DNA of 63,978 nt, the filler included, from Dicyema japonicum (Eukaryota; Animalia; Dicyemida): the NCBI GenBank assembly GCA_011109175.1. It is 4 parts of 4 records of this genome, joined end to end, with 100 filler letters (N's around TTAATTAATTAA, not from the genome) between each part and the next. Parts side by side here need not be neighbours in the genome. Positions count along the whole stretch, not along the records: positions 26,132 to 48,671 come from RDEW01000016.1; positions 48,772 to 62,511 come from RDEW01000116.1; 2 more parts are not named here. One strand, given 5' to 3'. Numbering within the stretch: position 1 is the first letter of the stretch; each line of letters starts with the position of its first letter. Of this stretch, positions 41,568 through 55,729 are shown one piece after another. The notes beneath the pieces are model-generated. The model worked only from the letters and a program-made list of their open reading frames with translations. It did no database searches and was not told the DNA's origin. The position numbers and the translations under genes were made by a program.

Positions 41568-43430
41568 AAGCATTACAAAGATCTAAAGTAATCTCTAATA
41601 ATCTTACTTATTTGCTTGACATAGTCCAGCTGTCGGCAACCTTTTAAGACAATGCCATTTTTTGTATTTTTGATAGTAAAAAAAATTGAAAGACCACTTT
41701 TAAAAAATAATTAGAATAACAAAATTAAATTTAATCTAATGTAATTAATGACATAATTGACCCTGTATTTCCTTCACANTAAACTTAGTAAGCATTAAAA
41801 AGATCTAAAATAATCTCTAATAATATTGATTATTTGCTTGACATAGTCCAGTTGTCGGCAACCTTTTAAGACAAAGCCATTTTTTGTATTTTTGATAGTT
41901 AAAAAAATTGAAGGACCACTTTTAAAAATAATGAGAATAACAAAATTAAATTTAATCTAGTGTAATTAATGAGATAATTGACCCTGCATTTCCTTCACAA
42001 ATAGTGAAATTGCAGACGCTATTTAGGGTCATCAACGAAAGACTAATTTGTTTCGGAGTCTTTCGCGTTCTTGGTTTTGGTTCTTCTTTACTTCGATCTC
42101 TTAATGCGACTATAAAGTCGCAAAAAGAATGTTATCAGTATTTGGAGTGGGAAAATCTTTAAGAAAAAGATTGAATAATGTTGGTTAAGTGGAGATCCTT
42201 GATGGATCATATTCGGGAGGTTCTGAAACTTAGGCATTTTATTTCCTATCTTCACTTATCCTTTTTGACCAATGACAAGGAAAGCGAACAACTTANNNNN
42301 NNNNNNNNNNNNNNNNNNNNNNNNNNNNNNNNNNNNNNNNNNNNNNNNNNNNNNNNNNNNNNNNNNNNNNNNNNNNNNNNNNNNNNNNNNNNNNNNNNNN
42401 NNNNNNNNNNNNNNNNNNNNNCTCAGTCTGCTGTAGATTATGGACCGATAACCTGCATACTAACCCTGTATAATCTGATGACCAAATTGGTGGCTAATGA
42501 GGTCAGGAGCTTTGTAGAAGCAAATGGGATTCTCTCCGAGACTCAGTTGGGAACTGTGCGAAATTGTCAGGGATCAAAAGAGCAGGCTTTGATCAACAAG
42601 TGTCTTACGGAAACTCACTTTTGTCTATGTGAGTGGATGTGAAAAAGGCTTACGATTCAGTCTATCATTCTTACCTTGTCGAGTGCCTACACAGTTTGTG
42701 TATGCCTGTGTGGTTCATCAGCTTTGTAGTGGCTGTGATGAATAGGTGGAGTATTCATCTGAACTATAATCGGAACCGGATATGCGAGGTAAAACTCAAG
42801 AGGGGGATTTTTCAGGGGGATAGCATGTCTCAATAACCGGTTTGAGCAAATACCAGTTCATTAAGAGGGGGTTTGTTTTAGAACAAATCACCTTCTTTTT
42901 ATCGATGACCTGAAGATGTATGCTCGAGCATTACAAAGATCTAAAGTAATCTCTAATAATCTTACTTATTTGCTTGACATAGTCCAGCTGTCGGCAACCT
43001 TTTAAGACAATGCCATTTTTTGTATTTTTGATAGTAAAAAAAATTGAAAGACCACTTTTAAAAAATAATTATAATAACAAAATTAAATTTAATCTAGTGT
43101 AATTAATGAGATAATTGACCCTGCATTTCCATCACAAATAGTGAAATTGTAGAAGCTATTTTGAAGTCATCAACAAAGACTAATTTGTTTCGGAGTCTTT
43201 CGCGTTCTTGGTTTTGGTTCTTCTTTACTTCGATCTCTTAATGCGACTATAGAGTCGCAAAATGAATGTTATCAGTATTTGGAGTGGGAAAATCTTTAAG
43301 AAAAAGATTGAATAATGTTGGTTAAGTTGAGATCCTTGATGGATCATATTCGGGAGGTTCTGAGACTTAGGCATGTTATTTCCTATCTTCACTTATCCTT
43401 TTTGACCAATGACAAGGAAAGCGAACAACT
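41568..43430. repeat. Triplicated about 220-bp and duplicated about 300-bp blocks around an N gap, enclosing an R4-like RT fragment (42422-42925)
   Basis: GCATTACAAAGATCTAAAGTAATCTC... at about 41570, 41790 and 42928; RT motifs ITCILTLYNLMTK, QLGTVRNCQGSKEQ, DVKKAYDSV, GIFQGDSMS, FIDDLKMY. Confidence 0.8.
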
Positions 43431-45249
43431 TAGGGGGTTGAAATGGAGAAAAAATTTGCTGTCACTATCTTCCGTTCTCTAATGTGGCTTTACACAATTC
43501 ACTCACTCATAGATAAATTGAACAGGTTCGTGTGCGTAGAATCCATATAGAAATGAGGTAAGTTGTAAAAATGAGTGATTTCTGGAGGAGTACTTTTTCC
43601 TGTGTTCATGGTATCCACACAGTATTGATGTTGGCCGGAAATAGCAAGGGTCGTCTCAAGTTTATTCTGTTCAATAACGGATATATTAAAGAGTTCTTCC
43701 AAATTGGTGGAAATTTTCCTGTGTTCATGGTATCCACACAGTATTGATGTTGGCCAAAAATAGCAAGGGTCGTCTCAAGTTTATTTTGTTCAATAACGGA
43801 TATATAAAAGAGTTCTTCCGAATTGGTGGAAATTTGTTTTTGCATATCGAGTGACTGAAAAGTTGGGTTATCGTCTCAATTATGTGGTCCCGAATGCTTC
43901 AACTCTGCTATAAAGATATTATCTTCTAGGGATAACGTGTTCTTTATATAATTGGTTATAGATAATACATATTCAGTCTGTGGAAGTGCTTGTCCGGCAA
44001 TTTCTCAATTCTCCAAAACTTATAGTAAGGATTGTGGCTTTACTCTTTAGTTTGTTTCTCTCCTTAATAAGAACTATTGTTTCGATGCCTAATTTCTTGA
44101 AAAATAAACGTATTGAGCGCTGCAGAATAACTTAAGCTCAAAATCAAACGGCCACGTCCTATAGAGGGGAGGTTCTCCATCCTATTTGAGAGGCAACCCT
44201 TAATGACGGACATGAACCCAATCCATAAATCACGTGAGAAATTGACAATGTTTTAAAAGGTTTTGTTAATTTTAATTTAACTTCAAAATTTCAGTGTTGC
44301 ATTGTGATCCGTGTACAAGTAATGATTCTCATTGGATGGATTCAGCAAGTAAAGATCTGGTGAGGTTGGGGAGCCTCCGCATTGTCGTCCTCGTGTATTT
44401 GTTATCTAACGTGAGTTAGCCTCGTCGGTTCAGTTGTTGGTCTATATACCAGAGAAAGCTCGTCACATTCAAGTTGGCACGTATTAAGACCTCTTCCATT
44501 CATGCGAAATGATTCCTCAAATGAAGATATGAAGAGTGGTTTTTCCAGCTTCTGTTGACCATTCCTTGTTGACGAGCTCACATTCAAGTTGGCACGTATT
44601 AAGACCTCTTCCATTCATGCGAAATGATTCCTCAAATGAAGATATGAAGAGTAGTTTTTCCAGCTTCTGTTGATCATTCCTTGTTGACGAGCCTTTTCGT
44701 TTTTTCTTAGATGTAATATCAATTAGAATTAAAACACCCTTCAACATAGGTTATTCCACAGTATGCACTAATATAGATTTGGCTTTGTCCACATCACACC
44801 TTTTATTGGTTACTTAAGTATTCTTCTACAAGCCAAAAGAATATTCAAATATAAGGTCGACAATCCTGATAATTGTCATCTGAGTCAATAAAGTTATGGG
44901 AACTAAGATATTATTCATTATGAAAACTATTTTCTTTCCTTCGTTGAATCGAAGAAACATTCTCAATAAACTTTAATGCGAAGATCCACACTCGTTACTG
45001 GGCCAGAGTCGTAATCATTTGACATTGAATTGTCATTTTGACATTAATATTTGATCTTAAATAATAGATTTAATACCACCAATTAAATATCTGCAACTGA
45101 GGCAAAGATAATCTAAAAGCAACAAAGAAAATATGATATTTTTTCATTTAAATTTATAATTAAAAATAAATTAAAATACAAATTAATCATAACCTTAAAA
45201 GTTTTCAATGAAACCTTAAACTTAAGTATTTCCGTTATGTGGTCCACCA

Positions 45250-46100
45250 ATTCAAAAAATTTAAAAGGATTTGGCAACGCACAAAGGGCTTCTAATGCCC
45301 TCCCGAAGGACCATTAGACCCTTTTCTCCCGGGGTCACTATCGACCAAAAAAAATCTAAACATTCCCGGAGAAAACCTTCAGCCCACTGTGGAGAAGTGA
45401 AATTTACTGCTCTCCAATTGAACATCAACGGAATTAAAGGAAAGGTCAAAGAACTCCGTTCAATGCTGGAAAAATCAGAAGATCGACGTGGCCATGATTC
45501 AAGAAACTAAACTCCGTATGAATGATTCCACTCCTTCATTCCTTGGATACGAGGCTATCAGGATGGACCGTAAATAGAGAAGAGGGGGTTGACTACCTAC
45601 TCTATTCAAAAAGAACCTGAAATGCAGAGACATTACTTCGGAGTTGAGAAAACTTGTTGGAAACGACGTGGTTACTGAGGCAATTGGAATCTCTTGTTGG
45701 AAAAGAAATGCCTAACAGGTCTGTGGAAAATTGGACATCACCCTATACTTAAAACGCTCTACTACAGTACATTGAACCATGCATTTCATATGCGTGTACT
45801 TAATGGAACACTGGCCTTTTATACGAAGACTCAGAAAATCTCCGCAACTCAGAAAAGGGCCTTCAAACTAACTGAAAGATTGATACAGAGGAAAATATCA
45901 AACTACAGACGCCCTTAGTTTGTCCTTCCAAACCAGTTCGTTTACCAAAAAATCTTCAACTTTTTGGATCTCCACTGCCCGATGGATCCCTCAAATCAAA
46001 TCCTTTAAAATTTTTGCTAGGAGTGTCTTTTTAAACTGGATTTCAAGGTTTGAGTAAACGGAACAACCTAGAGTTAATTATTCAAAAAACTTCTCAAAAA
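45250..46100 (+). mobile_element. LINE APE endonuclease fragment
   Basis: LQLNINGIKGKVKEL...AMIQETKL...FLGYEAIRMDR across frameshifts. Confidence 0.6.
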
Positions 46101-48671
46101 TCATCTCTCTAAAGACATCCCCACTAAAATACATTCCGAACTACACATTAGTTACGATTTGGCAGATCCAAGTTCGTGTAAGACGGACCTTCAATGAGGT
46201 TCTGGAGCTCGTGGCGTAGATGTTGTGCGCATTTCATTCTCAAATTGAGCTTAGTGTGATTCAAGCTGTCGCCGTGTATCTGTAAGTTTGTGGAGAAGGA
46301 TCCAGTTCTGTTTGGTGTTGTTTTGGAGTATTTGATAAGGGTTACCCCATTTGGTGTTCTAGGTAGAGGGTATGGTTGGTTTTTATTAATGTGTGCTTCG
46401 TTTTACTGTGTTTTTTATGGGTTGGGAAGATTAGTATTCTCATCATCAGGGATTGTTTTGACCAGTTTCGGATTTTTTCAAAAAAGTTGCATAAACCCTT
46501 CAGGTCAAAATATTTTATTATTTGGCTCTATTTTGGTTTATATTGCACTATTCGCAGTAAAATGAAGATGTTCCTTATAGAGTCTATAGTCTCATCATCG
46601 TTCTCATCTGTTAGAACATTTTCCTCTTCAATATGAGAGTATTCGTGTGTGAGTAAAGCTAATAGTTTAAGACCTTATATGATTAATTAGGATAATGCTT
46701 ACGTCGTTCTGCATAAATCTGATGAAAACTGTCCGTTCTTTGACACCTATCAAAGTCGATTCCTTCTCTCATCGTTATTTGAATTGAAATTATTCTTTCA
46801 GAGATAATAGTTGTGTGATTCAGCTGTCCAACCAGGATATTAATTAAATCATAATAAATTTGAATTAATTAACACAATTTATATCCCTGAAAAAAAACCA
46901 ATCAAGTTAGTAAAATATTAGTATTTTTAACTCCGCAAGTTCCAAGTACATTGTACTCGTTTTTAATGGCACTGCAGCCTGAAATAACATTATTAATTAC
47001 GTGATTCACATGTCTTCCTGTAGAAATTTCCAAATATCTGCTTTAATTCATTTCTAAATATATTACTTTCGAACATATACAATATAATATTTTTGAAATA
47101 TTCCATACAAATTACATCTTCATATCTATACTAAATATAATATCATACGCCTCTGGAAAATCGAATGATTCAATGCAAACGATAACTCTATATTATTATT
47201 AAAAATACTCATTTAAATCAACAGCGTTGGAAATAATTTTAAAAGATTGAATGACATTTATTCCTAGAGGAAAGTAACTACATTAATTACAAAAAATGTA
47301 CATATTGATAAGTAATGACAAATTTTCCGCAAATTCGATCGATATGAATTTGAGGGAATTACAGTTATGAAAATCTCTATAAATTTAAAAAAATATGTAA
47401 CATGTACTTAATAGTAGGTGGGAATGTCTTGTTGTCTACAGTTTTTAAACTTTGATCATTATAATCTACATCGACTATGAATAATTAATAATAACTACAG
47501 AGCTTCTAACTTCATTCCCAATAATGATAAGTTTACATAAGGTTCAAATTTAATATTTTGAACAATTAATGAAACTACATAAAATTCAGGTAGGCCAGTT
47601 ATCGAATATGTACAATTAATCCAATATCTTAATAATTTATATTTAATACAGAGTTGTTCTACTTACTGTTAATTCGTTTGGGCAAATATTCTGTGATGTC
47701 AAAATATCGAATGACAAGTTTAACACGAAAAAAGTGAACATCTATGAGGTTAAATACCAAAATAATGAATTTACGATAACCACAAAAAATAAAAATTACT
47801 ACATGAAATAAAGTCGTCATAATTAATAATAATTTTATTAAATAAAGTGTTGGATTAAATAAAAAAAAATTAAAAAATAATTTAATTAAATTCATACAAT
47901 TAACATGGGTTTTCAGATTTGTTTAATAATTTTACCATAAAATTTAATAAATTTGTCAAAAATGTCTAATAACTTTCCTTAATGTTTAGTAACTTTATCA
48001 AAATGTTTAAAAATTGTGTCAAAAATTTAATACCTTTTGAATAATATTTAATTACAGGTCAATTTGCACGAAAATAAAATTTTAAGTGAATATGAAGAGA
48101 GGCTACGCACATTGACACTTCAGAAGTTGACTCACAATAACCAATCCTTTTGTTGTCTATCTGGAAGCTGCTCTTCGTAATCTGAGAGCTAAAAATTGTC
48201 CTACTTCTATCTGGAATTAAGATATGCGGATGACCTGGATTTTGGTTTAGAAGTATTATGATATCTAATTCTTTTTCAGACAAGAGTAGTGCAGGTTAAA
48301 TGAATTTATTTTTTTAGAAAGAGTACTGCAAGGTAATTTAATTGGTCTAATTTTAGAGGATTAGACGTGAAATTAACTCAAAGCAGTATGAAGTAGTTAG
48401 CCTGAGTATGATGGGAGAAACTTTTGCTCTTTTTAAAATCAAATAGATGATATTGTTCTAGTAACAAATGACCAACATTCGCTCTCTCGAATTGATTTTA
48501 TGTGAAATATTAAAAAATCGAATAAGGTAATCGTTTGACGACAAAATAAATTTTTTGTGCAATTTTGGCTACATATTGATCTATCAGGACTAAAAGATTT
48601 TCAACCTCCGATGTTCTTTTCTACTTGAAAGTAAAAATAGGTCATATTTCTCCTTGACCGTAAAATTAGGT

Positions 48672-48771
48672 NNNNNNNNNNNNNNNNNNNNNNNNNNNNN
48701 NNNNNNNNNNNNNNNTTAATTAATTAANNNNNNNNNNNNNNNNNNNNNNNNNNNNNNNNNNNNNNNNNNNN
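48672..48771. other. Artificial 100-nt spacer
   Basis: 44 N + TTAATTAATTAA + 44 N. Confidence 0.95.
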
Positions 48772-49124
48772 AAATGCTATAGAAATTGTTATTGGACAGC
48801 GGGTTCAGCATAGTCCTCTCACTTTCCTAGAGGTAGAAGAAGTACTTTAATGTCGTGAACTACGTGACGAGAACCTGCCAAATCAGAACACTGAAATATT
48901 TAATGATCATGACCAATTCAAGTTCGATAGTGAGACAGGCTGAGTTGTTCAAGTTGGTGAGCTTTAATTTTGTGGTTCTAGCTTGAGTGTGTTGTCGAAG
49001 GTTGTTTTGTAAAGAATCCAATGGAATCATGCCATAAATCTCGTTATTCTCCTCTATAAGACCATTCATAGAATATTCTTGAAAAAAGTTTTTCTAGAAT
49101 TTTAGAGATTGTGGTTATTTTACA

Positions 49125-49348
49125 CTAGCTCTGCAGCTCGCTTCGCTCACCGCGACCTAGCTCCTGCGGAGGGCCTGTTTTATCAAACAACTATAAGTTT
49201 ATGTAGATATATTAAACGACCTGGTTTGATGTAACCCTATTCTAACGCCTGTTGATAAACGATGTTTGTCGTCCTTCCTTCCTTATATGAATAAATTTTC
49301 TCTTCTGCCTACCCTTGAGCATCCCACATACAGCTGTCCATGTGAAAA
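49125..49348 (-). mobile_element. Helitron-like 3' end (GCGAAGC hairpin then CTAG|T)
   Basis: Minus strand ...CGCGGTGAGCGAAGCGAGCTGCAGAGCTAG|T; inverted near-identical copy at 59691-59935. Confidence 0.6.
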
Positions 49349-49499
49349 TCACTCGCTCTCTAAAAATAAGCCAACTGCCTTTATTGACTGTCCCTGGGTT
49401 AATATTCCTACGCAAATCCTACTACTTGCGCTGTCGAGTGGTGGGCACATGTGTTAATGATTGTGCTAATCTGCTTATTACTGTTAAAGTCGGACCAAC

Positions 49500-50340
49500 T
49501 CCAGCTGGCCTCCCTAAACTGCGCTTGTCAGCCGCACACGGATGACTGGCTCAAAGCTCTCCCTATCCCTAGCACGGGGTTACTACTGGACGACGAATCC
49601 TTACGGATTGGAATCAGCTTACGATTGGGCTTGGACATCTGCCAGCCCCACCCTTGCCAGTGCGGGTCCACAATTTCGTCGAACGGCTTGCACGCCTTGT
49701 CGTGTAAGAAGAGTGCCGGCAGAATTCCCCGCCATACACAACTCAATGGCATTGTCAGGAGGGCCCTGGAGTCGGGTGGTTTCCCTTCCACTCTAGAGCC
49801 AGTCGGCCTTTTCCGGAGCGACGGGAATCGTCCCGGTAAGAAGAGTGCCGGTAGAATTCCCCGCCACACACAATTCAATGACGTTGTCAGGAGGGCCCTG
49901 AAATCGGCTGGTTTCCCTTCCACTCTAGAGCCAGTCGGCCTTTTCCGGAGCGACGGGAATCGTCCCGACGGGATGACGACCTTTTCTTTTAGGGAAGGCA
50001 AAGTCCCTGGTTTGGGATGCCACGTGCGTCGACTCTTTTTCGGTCACGATGCTACCCAAGACTGTCAGCAACCTGGATTTCGTTAGTGCTCGGGCTGAAG
50101 AGTCAAAGTGGACGAAATACCGGTGTATTTCGGACTCCTTTGAGTTTGCCCTCCTCGCCTTCGAAACCTCCGGAATCGTCGGCAAGGCTGCTGCTCAACT
50201 CCTCACCGACGTTGGCAGGAAAATCTTTTCGAAAACACACGACCGAAGGGAGACGAGCTGGCTTTTCCAGCGAATCTCGGTCGCTGTGCTCCGCGGAAAC
50301 TGCCACTCAATACGCAGCGCGGCGTCGTTGAGCTGACCCT
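49500..50340 (+). mobile_element. CRE-like 3' fragment (CCHC + RLE) of a second subfamily, with 132-bp in-frame duplication
   Basis: DWLKALPIPSTGLLLDD...CQCG...HALSC...RHTQLN...LEPVGLFRSDGNRPDGMT...WLFQRISVAVLRGN. Confidence 0.85.
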
Positions 50341-50559
50341 CAGGCTCTCGACTATTCTCTTAGTTACTTACTAGCATCTAATCTTGTTTCATTGTGAATT
50401 CCCTTAAAAAAACTGTTAAAGTGCTTTTCAAAATCTGTTAATTGCACACTCTATTCAAGGTCGTTTTTTTATTTAGCCCATAATCACCAACAGTTAATTG
50501 AATAAATTAATTAGCCAGATTCAACAGACAAAAAACTCTAGAACACGAAAAGCCAAGCT

Positions 50560-50712
50560 TCCCCTCAATGACGACCTCCCTCACATCACAATACCCACCG
50601 CANCGCAGCGCTTCGGGATCTCTGGGAGCGCCCGGCCCTTGCTATGCGCCGCTTAATAGCCGCCGGCTTCCTGCATGTCAGGGAGTTCGGGGCTACTAAC
50701 TAACTAACTAAA
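50560..50712 (+). mobile_element. Ingi/Vingi-like LINE 3' tip with (CTAA)n tail, tail-to-tail with a GIT-type 3' end on the minus strand (50713-50810)
   Basis: ALRDLWERPALAMRRL followed by CTACTAACTAACTAACTAAAT, then TTAGGTGATCC at 50721. Confidence 0.45.
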
Positions 50713-51339
50713 TAAATTAATTAGGTGATCCAGACAACCCGAAGGAAGGTCCTCAGCTTTTCCATGTGTTGGACTTTTGTTCATGTTCAAAAAGGATTAA
50801 TAGCGTTTAATTTAAAAGTGTAAGTCTATTGATTGTAAAAATTATAGCAAATAGATTTTCCGTTCATTGAAGTTTCGGTATGCGGAAAGAAATTCAAGTC
50901 CGTAAGCGGAAAAAAAGTCAAGTCGTCTTTGTTTACTTTATATCGTATCTTTATAGAAATAATAGCAACTTTAAATTTTTAACAATTTTTTCAATACTTG
51001 ACTTTTTTTCCGCTTTACTTTTTTTCCATTTTTGAAATTTTTTCCCTTATAAATTTTCAATTTCAAGGCGTATCTTAATCTTATAGGGTACAATTGCAAG
51101 TGATATCAGTTTCACAAAACCGATCTCCTAAACGAAGCTTTTAAAATTTATTTTCACGACGTGTTGCTTAGCTGCGGCGGAACATTTTAATGAAATTAGT
51201 CTATTGATTGTAACAATTATAGCAAATAGATTTTCTGTTCATTGAAGTTTCACTTTAATATTAATATTTTTACTTTAGATGAATGTTTCTTTATTTAAAT
51301 ATGTACTTTCGCTGCCAAACATTCCTTTGTCCTTCTCGC

Positions 51340-51550
51340 TTTTGAGACCTCCGGTGCCTACGGCCCGCAAACATCCAAATTCCTGAAGGACGTCGGCCTC
51401 CTTATCGCTCGCAGGAAAATGGACGCACGCGAATCCTCTTGGCTGAGACAGAGGATCCCGCTCACAATCGTGCGCGGCAATGCGCAAGCTATCCGTTTGG
51501 CCGGGATCTAACCGTTCTCTGGCAATGCTCGCAGATCGAGCTCGTCTTTC
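51340..51550 (+). mobile_element. CRE 3' terminal fragment, same subfamily as 56292-59465
   Basis: Nearly identical to about 59290-59500 (CTCGCTTTTGAGACCTC...ATCCGTTTGGCCGGGATCTAA). Confidence 0.85.
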
Positions 51551-52619
51551 TTCTTGTTCTTTGATTTGGTCGATAAAGATATATGGCAATTAATTTTAAA
51601 ATGCAAATCCTACGATGAATTGAATTTCTTTATCACGAAGAATTGGGAGCACATCATTGTTAATATTCTCGCTGTCGTTTTTATTAACATGTTGAAAATA
51701 ATTCTTTAATTTTTTGTTTGGATGGTTTTAATGGACATCATCATGAGAGTCGAGGATATTCACGTTGTTTATTTTAACCAAAATGCAGAAAATAATTTTT
51801 TTTGCGGAAAGGTTTTAATGACCTCGTCATGTGAGTCGAAGACATGCTTGTTGTTTATTTTAACCAAAATCCCCAAAAAAATTTTACTTTTTTTGGCGCC
51901 AAGGTTTTAAGGACCTCATCATTTTGTACTTGTTCCACATTATTGGATAATTATAAGGGGAATGGATTTTGACAATTTATCTGTATTTTGCTAAGTGTGC
52001 ACACATATTTTGCTAATTTAAATTTGGTTAAGTGTGCACACACCATACCATTTTATTATTAAGATAAGGGAGTTTTTACCAGAGACAAAATATTTTAAAC
52101 CGATCAATTAAATTAACTAATTAGCAGCCTAAAGCATTAACCCTGACTATATCCAACGAAATTTTCTAGATGTATGTGTTTCGACAAGTTTCCGACATTC
52201 TGCATAAGGTTTCATATATGTTTACTCAGGTTCCACATAGAAAATATTAACTAAAATTTATATATCTATTCAATATTCTTTCTGCTCTTGTTCTATTATC
52301 TTTTTATTCATTTCTGTTTTTATTTTTGATCATTTTGCCGTTCTATTTTTGCTGGGTCTTTTCAGCTCTATTTCCAATACATTCGTTTTTTACTTTTTGG
52401 CAAGTTCAAACTAAATAAATGTAATACCGGGTCACAAATGCTATTTCTGACATGCGTAAAACAGCCAAAGACGAGGTTTTTCTGTTCGACTTCGGAGATT
52501 TCTTTCATCTTTTTTGTCTTAGGAACTCAAGTTTTGTGGACTTTGGAAATGCAGGTCTTTCACATATATTTTCCATTTAAAAAAAAATTCACATCCCAGT
52601 AAAAATCCAAAAAGTAACC

Positions 52620-53000
52620 AGAATATTGTCTGATGATAATTTCCCTGGTAAACGCCCAGATGGAGTCACTGTTTTTCCGTGGAGTAATGGGAAATGCTTC
52701 ACGTGGTACTCTACGTGCACGGACACCTTTTCGAAGACGAATATAGTTGGTTCCGCAATCAGTTCAGGTTAAGTCGCTAAGAAGGCTGAAGAATATAACA
52801 TTTCGGAATACTCCAATCTGTTATTCAGCATCATCTTTTATTGAATTTCCGTACAAACGTCCGGAGCCATAAGTAATAAATCGTTTGAACCCGTTGGAAA
52901 AATTTGGAAACTGATCCCAAGAAGGCGAAGAGAGAGAAGCAATGGTTGTTCCCAAGAATCTCGATAGCGATTTTGAGGGGCAAGATCTTTTCTATCATAA
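52620..53000 (+). mobile_element. Old CRE RLE fragment
   Basis: GKRPDGVTVFPWSNGKCFTWYSTCTDTFS. Confidence 0.7.
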
Positions 53001-53116
53001 GTAATTTTGGAAGAAGAATATAGTAAATTTTCCTGGTCCCCGTCTGTACATCAGTGAATGAATCTCTAAACTAAATAACTTTAGTTTTAGAATTTTATAT
53101 AAAAATTTAATAGGGT

Positions 53117-53600
53117 ACTACTTAATATTCAATGGCCAGAATTTTACCACTTCGCCCCCCGGCTACAAATAACGAGTCTCTCTAAGAGAAAGCATTTTTC
53201 TGGTTCTCGATNGTACTAATTAATATTCAATGGTCAGAATTTTACCACTTCGCCCCCCGGCTACAAATAACGAGTCTCTCTAAGAGAAAGCATTTTTCTG
53301 GTTCTCGATTTGTTGGATCAGATTCCAAAAACCAGAGCTATCAAATTAGTAAATTAAATTGAGACAGAGGATCTCGCTCACAATCGTGCGCGGCAATGCG
53401 CAAGACAAATAACGAGTCTCTCTAAGAGAAAGCATTTTTCTGGTTCTCGATTTGTTGGATCAGATTCCAAAAACCAGAGCTATCAAATTAGTAAATTAAA
53501 TTGAGACAGAGGATCTCGCTCACAATCGTGCGCGGCAATGCGCAAGCTATCCGTTTGGCCGGGATCTAACCGTTCTCTGGCAACGCTCGCAGATCGAGCT
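53117..53600. repeat. Mosaic tandem duplications including two further CRE 3' tips (about 53365-53400 and 53505-53600)
   Basis: ACAAATAACGAGTCTCTC... occurs three times, one junction at an n; GAGACAGAGGATCTCGCTCACAATCGTGCGCGGCAATGCGCAAG occurs twice. Confidence 0.8.
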
Positions 53601-54106
53601 CGTCTTTCTTTTTATTTAATCTCATGATGTTTATAATAATTAAAATTGATATTATTAAATGCAAAAAATAGAATATGATCTAATTGATTGTGAATAATTA
53701 TTTCCAAGGAAATATAAACTAAAATGACTTGTACAAGTTGGACCAATCCAAACGTAGCACAAATCATTTCGGACCACAACATAAACCTAAATTTTCCTAG
53801 AAACAAAAGACTTTTTCATCCAAAGGCATTTCTTGGTACTGAAGAGCACTTTGTTTATGTTTCACAGATGAGATACCACAAAATGTAAGTACAAAGTTTA
53901 TGCCCGCAAATCAACCTTCAAATAATTTCGGGAGCACTTTGTTTATGTTTCACAGATGAGATACCACAAAATGTAAGTACAAAGTTTATGCCCGCAAATC
54001 AACCTTCAAATAATTTCGGTGGAGGTTTTTATGTGGGAAATAACCTGAATAAAAAAAATACACAATTTTTCCCTTTAAATTTGAGAACTACGCCTTATGA
54101 ATATGG

Positions 54107-55729
54107 TTGCAAAGTAAATTAAATTTCCTAGGATACAAATCTGCCGAAGATTATAAATTAGTTATAGATATAATTAAGACACAAAAATCGGAAAAAACGT
54201 TTTTGCCTCAGATTATAATTCCAAACATAACTTTACATTCTCGCTCTACTCAGACAATAAAAATCAAGGAACTTTCTAAGGCGTCAAGTATTTGAATACA
54301 TTTTAAAGCTAAAGATGTGATTGTAAACTCGACACCAAATTGGGATAGTTTAGATGACAAAAAAAGTTATTTATTAATTTTCATATAAAGTGCAATTTAC
54401 GCGGGAAATGTATCGTCGGAGTCCTACGTCGGACTATGCCACCTGGCAACTGCAGGCAGCTCAGGCTGTTCGCGATTTGTTTGTAGAAAAAAAAGTTGTT
54501 TAGTTTAAATAAAATTAGAATGAACCAACGAATATAATACAAAAATCTCCAACGTCTACATGTAATTTGAAAAAGAAAGTTGATTCTGAGATTGATACTC
54601 AGCCAAATAAATCTTCGTCAAAACCTTTCAAAAAAGAAGAAAATGTGGACCGGGAAATGTCTATTTACAAAACTCCGCAAACTTTTGATAAAAGTGTTTA
54701 TGTCGAATCCGAATATCCAAAACTTATACATACGGCGACTTCTACTGATCAAATAACGACATTTACAGCAAGATCCATTTTGATAAAAGTGTTTATGTCG
54801 AATCCGAATATCCAAAACTTATACATACGGCGACTTCTACTGATCAAATAACGACATTTACAGAAAGATCCAGTTCTCCAATTTTGTTATCCAACAAAAA
54901 AGATATGAGTTGTTCTACTGATGTCGTTGTATCGTGCATTTTAGTGAATAGCTCAACATCACCAATTAATCCTTTTATTCTAAACAACCAAACAACACAA
55001 ACTGAAGATTTTAAAAAGATTCAAAGCAAGAATAGCGAATTTGAATTTACGAAACCGTCATTTGATTCTGAGAACACATTTGTTGAAAGAGACGAGAAAT
55101 TGTTTATTAATTACAAAAAAGAGTCCAATTACAATGCACCTAATGGTTTGGATCAAAAAACTGACGACAATATTCTTAGTGAAAAAATAGAAAATGATCC
55201 CATTGACAGTATTCATAGGTATTTACATAATTTTATATTCAAGCTACGACATTGAACCGGACATTGATTCCTTACTCAATTACATTGAGGTTGGAGATGA
55301 TGTGAGAGATCAAGTCCCTTCGAATTTAGATGAAGATGCTAATAAGAATTTTAGGAAACAACCTGCAGCAAATGGTGCCAGTATAAGGCAATGGATGCGG
55401 AATTCTTTTAACAAAAGGAATCAAACTTATATAAACGACAGAAACCTGGCAATTACACAAGAAAGAGCGCCATTTTTCAACAGAAAAGTCATTAAAATAA
55501 AAGTTAAATTAGAATCCTATAAAACGGTTGAACACTTTTAATGAAAAAAAAGCAAAACAAAAAAGGAACTCCGACGCCTACCGAATGGCTCTGTCAAATG
55601 TTTGTTTATTTTTATAAATTTAAGCTAATGGAAATTAGATGCAATAAAAAAGAAACAAATTTAATGGTTCTAAAATCGAAGAATAGTAAACCAAGTATTC
55701 AACAATTACAAAAAATATATGGCAACTAA
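54107..55729 (+). CDS. Probable spliced orphan/low-complexity host gene, exact structure unresolved
   Basis: Consecutive plus-strand ORFs. A 25-nt GT-AG intron at 55219-55243 joins ORF 54884-55255 to ORF 55194-55541 in frame. A 95-bp duplication (54683/54778) breaks the frame. No recognised domain. Confidence 0.4.

Noticed and set aside
46700-48660. AT-rich region with exon-like stretches (e.g. VVLLTVNSFGQIFCDVK... near 47650-47810)
   Set aside because: Could not build a consistent spliced model or recognise a domain; may be a real orphan gene but is unsupported.
50713-50731. TTAATTAG|GTGATCC as a spliced-leader exon/donor or site-specific target
   Set aside because: The motif reads on the opposite strand as the end of LINE ORFs (xIT-stop); no Sm site or conserved SL exon upstream.
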